From Podarcis pityusensis (lineage: Eukaryota), in the NCBI GenBank assembly GCA_964106645.2, contig OZ067038.1: a DNA stretch of 64,000 nucleotides; one strand, given 5' to 3'. The position numbers and the translations under genes were made by a program. Numbering within the stretch: position 1 is the first letter of the stretch; each line of letters opens with the position of its first letter. Positions 1 through 12,900 of the stretch are shown here, piece by piece. The notes beneath the pieces were generated by a model. The model ran no database searches. It was not told the origin of the DNA and saw nothing but the letters and a program-made list of their open reading frames with translations.

Positions 1-1074
1 ATTTAGATACCATACCTGGGCCTACTCTTTAGTGAAACCCTCTTTTGGAAGTGCCATATGGAGGCAGTGAAAGCCAAAGCACAAAAAACTATAGCAGCAG
101 TGATGAAGTTCTGTTACAGTAAGGGAGGGAAACTGATTGAACCTGCCATAAAAATATTTGGTAACAAACCACTTATTCAAATCCTCTTTGTAGCATTGAA
201 ATATGTGGCTTTGATTCAACTCCATTAAAGTTTTGGAAATTGCGCAGAATGTCCCCCCCCCCCCCAAAAAGCTATACTCTCTACAAACAGGAATATCAGC
301 AGCTCGTCCTCATAAAGAACCAATTAAGGCAAGAGTGGATAGTTTAAGTATATTTTTAAAAATACTACTATGCCTATTGAGAGTTTTCCTGTACTGTGCT
401 GTATGGAATTGGTTGAAAACCAACTCTGGAAAGCAGCTTAGATCATTATTGTTTTCTAGAACTGAGCTCTGCTTTGACCTTGAATAAGTGTCAACTAAGG
501 GATTGGCTCTGCTGGATAGAATCCAGAAAGGACCTGCAGCTAATTAGAAATACCACATTCTCTTTCCCCACCCCCTGGTATCCACTCTTGATAACTATTT
601 CAGTGAAGCATAGATTAGAAAAGCCTACTGCTAAATAATACAACAAATGAATGGCCATGGTATATGAAGCTTAGGGTGCTTCAAATGTAACACCAACCAT
701 AATTTGGTGTTATGAGAACACAGTATCATTTTCAGGCAAATGGAAATAATGGTTTTCCAGTTTGGATGAAAAAGCAAGCCAGCTAAGTTTCAGTCCTGAT
801 TTTCAGTAATCAGTTACTGATTTTCAGGAATCAGTAATGTACAAGGGGAGGAGAATGTGCAAGTCAAAGACTCCTCAGGCATTCTTACATTCCTGAATGT
901 AAACCCATGGTTGAATAACCCATTAAAGTTGTTCAGATCTCAGTGATGTTTGTCACATGGGGGGAAAATGAAGTAGAAACACAAAGTCTATATGGCTAGG
1001 CTGTGGAATTTTCAACACAATATTCAGCAGTCAGATTCAACCATAATCTAAAGTCCTTTAACATCTCATGCCTC

Positions 1075-1207
1075 AGGAATGGTGAGCCTGTGACCTTTCA
1101 GACGTTGTTGGACTCTAACCTTCATCTTATCCAGCCAGCATTGCCAATGATCAGGGATGATAGGAACTGTAATCCTACATCCGAAGGGTCACAGGTTCAC
1201 CATTCCT
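1075..1207. mobile_element. ~130-bp palindromic MITE family (other copies ~6226-6350, 9275-9360, 9944-10077, 25469-25600, 30808-30935)
   Basis: Termini aggaatggtga(g/a)cctgtgacc inverted; shared core cagatgttgttggact...ccagcatggccaatggtcagggatgatggga. Confidence 0.75.
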
Positions 1208-3770
1208 AGAGCATGGAATGTTAAAGGAGTCTAGATTATGGTTGAGTCTGAACGCTGAATATTGTGAGTTGGTGAAGTCTTGCGCAACTCTTTTATTTTG
1301 CTGACTTTTGTGTAAAAGCATTTAGATCTGGATCAGATTTTTAAATGAATAGGCATATTTAGCTACAACACTACCTGACACTAGGGAAAATGGGATTTCA
1401 AAAAATATTTTCACTGTGTCTGCCTCCAAATGGAGAACAGACCTAGCTGAAAGATCCAGAGTAAGAGGAGTTATTTCATAATATGATAGGAAGAATTAAG
1501 ATATGCTTAACTCTCTGCTAGAAGTAGGATCAGTCTCCACTGAACACTCAAGTTTTTTAGGTGGTATGAAATTTGTCTATAGTGTTTGGTCTGTGGTGGT
1601 CATTTCAGTAAGCTTCTCAGTAGAGTGATACCAAACTTTTTTTGGACCTGTGGGTACACATAAATTGGATAAACTGTTGAGAGTGCCGCACACCTCATCC
1701 ACATGCACACCACATGTTCTGTTAGCTACAATTGGAGTCCTTTTTTAAAGCTTAACTTAGCAGGGTAAGGTGCTCCAGGGAAGACTTCTGTAGGTGTATG
1801 TGCACACCCAGGAACCACATTGATGATCCCAGTTCTAAGTCATCGTGAGGAAAATGTATATGTAAATTCGTCCATAAAGCTATATAAACAAATACCACAT
1901 GGGTTTTGTTCAGCAGAATCCCAAATACCCAGTACTCCAAATTCTTTCCCATCCACTTGTTTGGCAATGTCTACATTCAACAACCAGTTTTCCATGTTCA
2001 GCAAGAGTCTTCTTTCTGTACATGGGATGTAAAAATAATAAATTCTCCTGCCAAAATGAATATCAGTAGCATATCTGCCTCATAGAGCTCATAACTTATT
2101 CTTAAGTGCTTTGCTAGTGCAGATCTGGCAAAACTGTAGCCTCCCCCCCAACACTGCAGTGATCTAGTTGCGCACCACGAGCTGAGAATATTCAGAATCC
2201 CTTGATAGAAGAAAGCTTGGGGCTGTCTGCATCCTACTGCCAGGGTAGGGTTTTTTTTTGGACAATTTCAGATAACTGTGAGAGTAAGTTGCTGGAACTA
2301 GAGTTGTTTCAAAACGAATGAGTCACGGCAAATGCTGGTTAGAGTTTCCATAGAAACTGGGTATATTGCTAAGGGCAGATGGTTGACTGCAATTTAAGCA
2401 TGGTTACAGCATTAGCTAATAGCTCAGAGGAGCAAAGTGTCTTGCTCTTTACCCCCACTGAGGTCAAGCATCTCCTTCAGCCTGGAGAGACTAGCAAAGA
2501 ATAGCTGAGGCTGACTTTGCTGATCTGCTGTGCCCTGAATACTTCCTGATCTGCCTTGAAGATCATCTGCCCATATATGTCGTGTTTTGTCTGGTTACAG
2601 GAATGTGATTTGACTTGCTGCGCAATAAGCTTACAGCCATCTGGAAAATAAGGACAATGAAATAATTATGTAAGCATTGAAGGAGAAGGGAAGAGGTCTT
2701 GTGCAAATCGCAGCTCCCTTCAACACTCAGAATTTGGACAAACACTGGTGAATTTTTTGAGAAATGTCCAGAGATTCCTTTAATGAAGCATGAGTGACAT
2801 TCATTTGACCTTCTCTGACCATATATTTATTGAAATGCTAATATTGATCTCTGATATTAGCTGTAGCATTAGCTTTGGTCACAGTAACTTAACTTCTGTT
2901 TGAGGGCTGATGTTTTAGACCGGTTGTTTTCGGAGGCGCTTTCTGTTTCTTCTTGTTTCATGATAGAACTGTGTTCATGTCCTACCTCTTGAGAACAATG
3001 ATTAACCTTTCTAGTGATCTCATATATGTGGTTATTTATTGACCAGTGGTGTGCCTCCTTTGGTGGTGACTCTAATCAGGAGTCCATTAATGTTTAGTGA
3101 ACATCCAAAATTCTAAAACTGTTGTCTTTCTCAAGCTAATAATGACATTTCTTCATGGAGAAGGTCCAAAAGTACTAGGAACTGAGTTCTTCTCAAACCC
3201 CAGAACTCTTTGGCTGCTTTTTCAACATGCGTCACTCAAGGACAACCTGTCTATTGTTGAATCTGCCCCCTCACAGTTCTGCTTGTAGCACTGTGAGGAA
3301 TCCTCATGTGTGTGTCTGTTGTTGGTTTGATAGGCCAGCGGGGCAAGGAGTATTTGGGCACCCTTCCAGTGCAACACCTTGCTGTGCAAGCTGTTTGGCT
3401 ATTTGCCAACTCTACCAATGGAGCGCAGGAAATGGGAGCCTTTAGAATCAATGCGTCAGGCAGGGGGTTGGTGTAATCTGTTGCATTTCCCTGCCGTTTT
3501 GGCTTGTATGCTACAAACAGAAAGCAACCAGGTCGTATTTGCACAGGAGGGGGAAATGGATGGAGTACAGCCAGTGGTGTTCCCCTAGCCAGCCCCCTCT
3601 CACCTTTGATATGAGGAAAGGTTCTTCTGGACAAGACATCTGTGGCCATATATAAAGGAGCAGCTTTGGGAGATGATATTGAAGATTGCTATGTATTTGC
3701 TTGCTTGATCTGTGAATCCCTGTGCTCTTCCTTCTGGGGTTTTTAGGAGAGCAGTTAAAGCTTGGAAAAC

Positions 3771-3903
3771 ATGGAGCAATACCCAGATCTACAGGAAGAC
3801 CTGAGTTTGGAGGATACCAATGAATCCCTTAATCAGCTCAAATTGGCCTCTCTAGATGATAAGAACTGGCCACCAGATGAAGTGCCTGTTTTTCCTAAAT
3901 CAG
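3771..3903 (+). CDS. ARHGAP1: ARHGAP1 coding exon 1 (exon starts 3747)
   Basis: ttttag acceptor at 3746, ATG 3771, [44 protein letters not shown], donor gtgagt. Confidence 0.95.
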
Positions 3904-6900
3904 GTGAGTACTTTTACTAGCAATGAAGTGACTAGAAAGGAATCTATATGCTGCAGCACTAATCTTAAAATATACCTTTAATAGCTTTTTATTTATTAGA
4001 TTTATTTATATCCAGACTTTCAGGATAGGCAGCATCCAAATGATATCAAAATAATTAATAACATAATAAATAAGTGGAAAAATAACAAGATTCAGGGTTC
4101 AGCAGGTTCTTTTTGTGTTATATTCTTGCATGATAGTTGTATACAGTATAGCCCTGTGGGGGCAAGGGTAGTCTAGTGGAGCACTCTCTGAGGTCTTTGC
4201 CTGTCTGCGTCTCTTTCCTCTTTAAGATGCTGCAGAAGTACTAGTTAGCCCCTGTATCTAAACTGGGATGTAGATCTTATCTAAATGGGGTGGTGAGAGC
4301 ATGGAATGCTACAGACCTTATATGCCAGAGAAGTATCTGTCTCTCTGTGCAGTGTAAATAGTTTATTCTAGTGGATGAATGTGGAATTCTGTAGTGGAGA
4401 ATTTTAGATCATTGATTACTTTCCACTTATAGTGTGTTTATACATTTGAGGCAAATATTGACAAACAAGCTAGCACAATTGGTCTGAATGCATGCAGTGT
4501 TTTGTATTGAACATAAAATGAATAATTGCACAAAACTAATGCTATTCATCACAGTTCCTTCTGGTTCCGTGATATACCTGATCCCTTCTCTGTGTTTTTG
4601 TATCTTCGTATAGCTGTGCTGGTTTTTATGTTCTCTGCATTTTCCTCTCACCCCATCCCCTTTATTTTAAAATGTAGATGACTTCAAGGGCTCCCCTGAC
4701 CCTGTCACTCACTTACGATGGGATGACCCATACTACGACATTGCTAGACACCAGATTGTGGAAGTGGCAGGTAATGGGTTCTTTTCATTTCTTTGTCTTC
4801 TACTTCAGAAAGCATTTTGATACGGCATAATGACTTGGGATATAGGGTCTATTTTATTGTTTTGCTGTTTTGTTTTATTTATGTTCATGTTTTAATCCTG
4901 TATTTTATTCTGTGAACTGCCCTGAGATCTTATGATGAAGGGCAGTATATAAATCTAATAAAAAAGTAAAAAATAAAATAAAAAATAAAATAAAATAAAC
5001 CAGCCCAGCAGTGGCCCAACAATAGGTTGGATCCCAAGTTGTCTTTTAGTGAATGATAGGATTCCTTCTGTTTGTAGAAGGAGCCAAGATCCAGCAGAGG
5101 CTCCTGCTGGAGGAAGCAAGCAGGGAGGAAGCTGTTTTTGCCTGTTCCCCTTGCAGGTCACGGCACAACTGTCCATGCTGTACTGGAAGATTCTTTGACT
5201 CGTAGGTGCAGTTCTGCCCATGGGTAGTCTGGATCCAGCCAAATAGCTTGATTCACATAGTGGTCATCGTCGTTGTGAAAATAGCAATTGTACAGAGCAA
5301 GAGAACTTTGAGAACCATGGGCCCATTAGAGTTATTTGATAGTCACTTGAAGCAGCAATCTGACCCCAGACTTACAAACTATGTTATGAACTCCTCAGTC
5401 AGATGTTGCATTGGCTGATAGTACCATGAGTTACTGAGGTTTGGTTGGCTGGGGTCTGGAGAAGGGCCTTTTCTATTGTAGCATCTGCTCAATGGGATGC
5501 ATTCCAGGGTGGATGGGTTCCAAAACTGGAATGTTTCCACCAACTGTTGAAGACCTGTCTCTTTCCCCTGGCATTTCCTGACAATCACCAGTTTGTTGTT
5601 CCAGTTACTGTGGTTATTGCAATAATGGTTTTACTTGATTTTAATTGTTTGTTTTACTTGATTTTAATGGATTTTGTGTATTGTGAACTGCATCAATATT
5701 TTTGCTAATGAAAAGTATCACATAAGCTTTGAGAATACATTCTGATAAATAGTGACTATAGCACACTGGACTTAGAAGAGTTCAAATCCATGGTCTGCCA
5801 TGAAGTCTACTAGATGACCTTGGGTCATTCATTGGCTTGTATCAGACTGAGTCATACTCAGAATAATTTAATTCCATTGATTGCAGTGTGTCCACTGTCA
5901 GTATGACATAATCAGATAGAACCCATTATCCCTCATCCTGGCCTACCACATAGAGTTGTTATGAGAATAAATAGCAGGAAGGGAGGACCACGAACATGTA
6001 CTGTACCTAACCTTGAGTTCTTTGGAGAGAAGGTGGGAGAAAAATAGTATGTGCAAACCTGAAAACTCATTCTCCCGAAGAAAAACTGTTTTAACTTGTT
6101 TGCAGGCTAGAAGAGGCTCTGCATGTGTGCCTCTAATTTTCCTGAGCCATGGCAAATCCCTCAACTGTCTAAACAAATCAGTCAACTTTAGGTGACTGCC
6201 AAGTCACACTTGAGTCCAGGGCATCAGTGGGCAACCTGTGAACTTCCCTATGTTGCTGGACTCCAGCCCCAACCAGAATTGCCAATGGTAATGGAATATG
6301 AGAAATGTAGTCCAGTATCACCTGGAATGCCACAGGTTCCCCACTTCTCCTGTGGAGCATCCTGGAGTGTGGAATTGTGCCACAGCTGCAAGGAAAGAGT
6401 TAAATCTTAATTATTTTTTTAAAAAACTTATTGATAAATGCAATACTTAGAAACACAAAACAGAACGCTAAACAAACTTATTATACATAGATACACACAC
6501 CTCTCAATTTAGATTACAAAAAAGAAAACAAACAAACAAAACATACAAACATAAATCTTGACTTCCCTCCACCTATGTGTGGCTTCCTTTATTTCTTTTC
6601 TTCTTTTCGCTGTGTTATCACTATTATTTTTGACTATCTCATCTTATACCCATTTCTTCTTAATTTTTTACTCTATAAGTTTCATTCATTGCATATTGAT
6701 ATATTAATACCAGAACAATGTTTTTTGATGTATTCCTTCACGCAAGTCCACTCCTTATCAGTTTTTGGTCTGATTGGCCTCTTACCACTGCTGTAAGTCT
6801 TTCTGAATCTATATATTCACAAAATCTTATTTGCCATTCTCTTATTGAGGGAGCTTTTTCTCCCTTCCAGTTTTTTGCTATAATCATTCTGGCCGCAGCG

Positions 6901-9900
6901 GTTGCATATAAGAAAACTTTTTTCCTAGTGGCAGGAATGTCAGTCGATATAATTCCCAAGAGGAACGCCTCTGGGGTTTTTTACATGATATTTTAAGCAT
7001 TTTTTTTAATATACACACACTCCCACCGCATATGATACATGGTTCCTATCTCTGTTTTATATCTCCAGCACAAATTAGATTTTGATTTATAAATTTTCGC
7101 CAATTTGACCGCGGTTAAATACCATTAATATATCATTCTCATTATATTTTCTCTGATTGTGACACAGGCTGTGAATTTGATATCATATTTCCATCATTTC
7201 TCCCACTGATCTAAACAAATCATGTGGCCTATATCTGTGGCCCACTTAATCATAACTTGCTTCACCTCTTCATCTTTTAATACCTATTCTAATAATAGAT
7301 TATACATTTTAGATAATATCTTTTTATGATTTTTTAATAACTCTGTTTGTAGTTTTGATTCTTCTTTGCCAAATCCGATAATCTTATCCTGCCTGAATAG
7401 GTGATCAATTTGATAATATTGTAGCCATGTATTACAATATTGGCCAAGTTCTTCATAAGATCTTAACCTTAATTGGCCTTGATCTTCTTTTACTAATTGC
7501 TGATATGTGACCCATTTGCCTTCCGTATTTTTCTTTTTTCTTTTTTCCTTACATTTCACTGACATTCCTGGGTTGTCCTGTATGGCTGCTTCACTTACAT
7601 TGTCTGCAGTTCAGTTACTGATTTTAGCAAACTTGGTTTCCTGCAAAGAGGAAATTTGCTGTGGAAATGATTGCTGGCAGATTGCTGGCAGTGCTGTTCA
7701 GAAACTGGAGGCAGGAATAAATGCTGGGAGTTTATTTATCACCAGCTTTTGCTATTGACCATTATGCCAGGTATTGCAACAGTACATCCTCTTGGCTATA
7801 CAGACCATTATTCCTTATGCACATTGATAGCTACTGCCAACCAGTGCAATATAGAAGTGAAGACTGGTTAATTTATAGCAAGCAATTGATCGTTAGAAAA
7901 GGGAAGAAATTGAAATGGCAAATGATCTGGAAGAAGTAGGAGCTGTGCTTAGCTTTTACTTACGCTTTTACTTACATTTTACTAACATCTGCGTGGAGTT
8001 CATCTCCTCCCTTCTTGGTAGCAATGTTTGTTTTGGGCTCTAAAATTACTGAATTCTCTGGAGTTTCTCTCCTCCAGACATTCTGGCTGCTCAGGATAGT
8101 TCAAGGAATGGTTATTTCCTCTGAGACAAAACACATCTTAACAGTTTTTGAATTTAGTTTTGATTTTCAGTGTGTGACCTGAGAAGTCCTCAGGATGGGA
8201 TAGTTCTCTCCTCCCATTGCAGATACATTGAGGATATCTTTCTATTCCCTGGGATGGTGAATTGACATTAAACAATTTAATCAAACAAAGATCCCCAGTG
8301 TTAAGTGACTAGATGAGTTCAAACAAGATATTTTCTGATACACATTGTATTCAAATGTATAATAATAGCTCTATTGCTGACATTCCAGGATTTCAGCCAA
8401 TTGAATGAGCTTCACTAACATCATGCCCAACTCTGGCAGTATTGCACATTCATATACTTTGATAAATAAAGAATTCCCTAACAACTGACATATCCTTTTC
8501 CACTATTGATAACATTAGTTATTTCTTTGTTCGTATAGATGTATTTTGAAGTGCTTTCCCCTGTAGGACTATGTATTACTGAAGATTCATTTCACTTAAT
8601 ATTTTTTTAACTGGCAACCACATGCCTTAGATTCCTTTAACATCTATCACCCAGAGCGTTAGCACTGTGTTGGCTTCTGACATACTGAATGATGGAAAAA
8701 AATCTCTTCACTGTGGGCTCCCTTAGCTCTCAACATGGTTCTGTGAATTTTCAGTGCCAATTAGGCTTGTGGGTGGAGTTGCAGTGTGAGTGAAGAGCAA
8801 GCTGGAATTTAACTAATAGCTATATATCTTTAAAATGTGGATTGCATAGATGCATTTCTAGCACCACTAGTATACTCAATATTTAGAGAATCATCTCAGA
8901 AAGTAAAAGCTTTAAATACACATAAATGTGTAGGCTCTTTATTACTATACTTACAATAGAGGCACATCGGCAAGGGTTGTGTGGGATTGTATATACTGCC
9001 AATAGCCTCCATTTACTGAAATTCCCTGTTCAGAGTTCTTGTCCTAATTAGGAAAAGTTAATTTGTCCACCTTTTGCCAAAAAAATTAAAAAAGCACAAC
9101 TAAACAAAATGACTGCAAAGAAATAGTTTGACTAGATGCTGTATCTGTTGGCAGCTATCAATGTCTTGAAGGCATTTCAAGGCTGATTTTGTTCTATCTC
9201 CAGGTGACAACCTGAACCACTGCTGCTACTGATTGATAGCTTGCACAATGGAAGCAGGAGGCTCTTTTTAATCCTCTAACCTGTGCCCTTTCAGATGTTG
9301 TTGGACTCCCACCACAGCCAACAATGCCTGTGGTCACAAATGATGGGAGCTGTAGTTGTAGCTAAATATTAGGCTAGTCTAGGTAGATATGCAACTTCCT
9401 TGTTGAACTAGGGATGGTTGTCTGAGGCAGAGACACAACCTCAACTTTGGGGAAATGTGGTCATTTCTGATACCAGGCAGTGTTGTAACTTTGGTTTCAA
9501 AGACAATGGAAATGCCATGTCCTTATCCCAAGTGATCATCCAGATTACATGCCATAGGCTATTCTGAATTTAACCTTTGAGACGCCTATCTTTTATTACT
9601 GTGGGCTTGGGGCCTTGACAATTTTGGGGTTCTCTGGAGTCTAGAAGTATGAAAGTTGCTGGAATAGCTTGTGATGGGGAGCATTGATTAGTAAATCTTT
9701 TGGTTTCCTTTCTTTGTTTGATTCTGCTTTAGGCTGAATTATTGGAAATGATTGTTAATGCTTTTGAATTCAGTTACTTCAGTGTCTGATGAGCAATTAT
9801 CATGCTGTACTCCAGTGATTGACTTGGGGAAAGCCTCTTAAGGCTTTCTTTCTGTGTTCTTGCAGCAGCATTTTTAAAACTGGGAGACTGCCGTTGAGCA

Positions 9901-12900
9901 TGCGTCTATGTGTTGTAGTGGGACTTTGGGACACTCCAGGTAAAGGATAGGGAACCTGTGGCCCTCTAAATGTTGTTGGTCTACATCACCCATCAGTCCT
10001 GGCCAGCATGGCCAATGGTCAGGGATGATTGGAGTTGTAGTCCCAACAACATCTGAAGGATCCAGGTTCAGCATCGTTGTTCTAGGATCTGGCCTAGGGC
10101 TGTCCTTTGGCGATGTACATCCTTTTGCCTCAAATGGAGCATGCTTACTTTCCTGTAATCTACAGGAACTTCTCTTCCTGCTTCTGCCTGTGTATGTTTG
10201 CTGGCTTTTCAGAGGTATTGACCAAGTAATGAGGGATTTGATTTCCTGAATTATTGTTTTGTTTTTTTTAGTTCTGCCGAGCAAGAAGCAGTCCTTGATC
10301 CCAGAAGTGTTAGGAACTGAAGTTATTTCTTAAACTCCCCTGTGACTGGCTACTCTTGGGTCTCAAAACTTGTGTGAAAGAGGAGTGGAACAGGTGGTGG
10401 TTCTGAGTTCTTAAATCCTAGAGCATTTTGTAACTGAAAATGGGTTCACTGACTTTTCAGTATTATCAATATCCTGTTGTTTAAATGTCTGGTAGTATGA
10501 AAAAGCTATTGTTTACCTTTTCATGCATACCTTGTATGGGAAACCTGACATATAAAAAAGCAATAGTTCATCCAGATTGTAGCAGAGTCTAGAAAGGGAG
10601 GAGGGGGAAAAATCAACTTCTAGATTTATCTAGTTAACAACTAGGTAATCATGTTTTTGAGCTTGTTGTAGTTGTGAGTGTATGCAACTGTGTGTGTGTG
10701 TTGGAACTTTTCTGTCCAGCCCTTTCAGCTCAGTCCTTAAGATTATTCTGGTTCAAGGACTTTGGTTATTATGGTATAATGTAACTTTGTTTCTGTTCCT
10801 CCAGGGCAGGGTGCACTTCATGGGGTCCAGCCAGGTAGGTGGAATACCTGGTGTCATTGGCATTTAAAGAATGTGGCATTCTTTAGCATGACTGTGGCCT
10901 GTGGCTGGGTTATCTCAGGGGAGCCCAAATTCTGCAAAGCTGAGGGTGGCATCCCAGAACCTCAAAGTTGTACTTGATGTGCATTATGTCAAGTAGATTG
11001 CAGCCATGCTTCTCTAAGCTGGTGGTATAGCCATCTTGGTAGCTTTCCAAACTGGATATGTGGCTTGGAAATTCCCTGGCAGAGCTCTGTGTGGACTTCA
11101 GCTTGCGGTCTTCACTTTGGGTGCCGCAGTTCTCATTTGATGCTTCAGCCTGCCTTCTTTTTTTCTTGAATGGTGATGGGTGTACTATCCATCAGGACAT
11201 GTCTCCCAGGCAGTCATTACTGCTAACTTTCCCAATCGGAAATCTTTTGCGGGTGATTTCTTCTGCAGCTAAGAGTTTGCAGGATATTGCATGACAGTGA
11301 TGTGTGATTTATCTTATTTGGAATCTATGCAGGATGGAGCTGTTGTTGCTTTATTCCCACTATGGCATCATTCAGACACAAATCTTTGGCAGAACTTGGC
11401 CTCCTTTATCCCCTGTGACCCAGCGGTAGGCTGAACCCATTGTTTGCTGAACAGCCTATGCAAGTACATTTGCCTGCCATTCTCTGTTTATTCCGTAGTA
11501 GGTCTTCCATTCTTCATCATCTCTTCTTGCAAGTGGTCACTGGCCTGCTGTATCTGCAGATCATGTCTCTGATTCTATGCTAATCATTTCTCCACCAATT
11601 TAGATGCAAGTAGATGGTTACTTTGAAACACTGACTAGTGTCAGTTCTCCACTGTGCTATTTTTCTAGAAGAAGAGGTGCCAGAACTCATCATGAACACC
11701 TCCCTCGTTCTCTTATAATGGCAACCTGAGAGGTGCTGGAACTGAGTTGTGGCTGAAAAATGCCCCAGTTCTCCATCTCTAAATGTAGCCATCGACTTTT
11801 GGCTTCCTCAGGCATCTCTGCATATATCTAGAAGCTCCAAGAAGGTCACTTTGATCACAGAAGTGGTGTAGGGGAAGCACCTTGGACTGCCACAAACCCT
11901 GAAAATTGTCAGCCTTGTTTATGATGACAAGACTGTTTCCGCTTTTGTATTCTTTATAATGCTTTTGTACCTTCAGAAATATAAATACCCTAGACAAAGA
12001 GGTGCTGGCTCTTAACTATACCACCATTGCTTTCATTTCTTTGCCCGGGTTATGTCTCAAGCCATTTCCCCGATCACTTTAAGGGCCGTGTCATCAACTT
12101 GATAGTGCAGGAAAAGGAGCAGCCGTAGACTTCCTGTTTAATCAAGAGATGTGACAACTCACTGTGTTATTTGCAACATGCAGTTCTCCACATTCTGCAT
12201 TCTGAGAACTTCTCTGAGGCTTTTTAAACAATCTGGCGTTTCCTTACTCACTTAGGTTAATTTAGATGTATCCCCCCCCCCCCCAGATGGAAAGAATCCC
12301 TGCTATGGGAAGTGCGGTTGTTAACTAGAGTATTCTCAGAGGAATAAAAGAACTGCTGCACGTCCAACAATGTGACGTGGACATGTTTTCCTAGATGGGG
12401 AGAATGTCAGTGTGTATGTGTGTGTCTGTGTGAATTATAAAATGGTGCTGTGTTATAGCCTAGGGTATTTTACACTTTTTACTGCAATAGCAGAACATTT
12501 CTAATTAAATGGGCTGCCTTGTGCAGATGAGTACTGTAATTCCATACCTGAGGCATTAATCAGGTAATAAAAAAAATATCTTTTCTCATTTGATTTGCAT
12601 AGAAACTTGACACATGGGTTATTGTTTCATAGTTTTCCTGAAGTTTATCACACTTTGGACTTGTTGCTCAAATTTCAAATGGCCTGGGCATTTTTCTAGA
12701 TAATGCACAACATGGAAGTGCTTTAGTTTATTTGAAAATAGTCTTGTAGAAGTTGTTGTCATTGTTAGCTTTGCAGCTGTACCTGGTAACAACAGGGCCA
12801 CACACCACAACTGTGCATTGGAATTTCTAATGCATACAATATTTTTATGGTTCAACACCAGCAGGGGCTTTATTTCAGATTTAAGCAGGAGCTTTTATGA

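Noticed and set aside
795-840. Short tandem/inverted duplication ctgattttcag(t/g)aatcagt; similar one at ~19152-19195
   Set aside because: Only two units; ordinary slippage duplication with no further structure.
5140-5230. Strong acceptor ttccccttgcag followed by an open frame in the ARHGAP1 intron
   Set aside because: There is no in-phase donor and the frame reaches TAG; probably a cryptic site.
9185-9235. Acceptor cag|GTGACAAC mimicking the start of ARHGAP1 exon 3 (possible duplicated exon)
   Set aside because: Similarity ends after a few bases and a stop follows within 10 codons.
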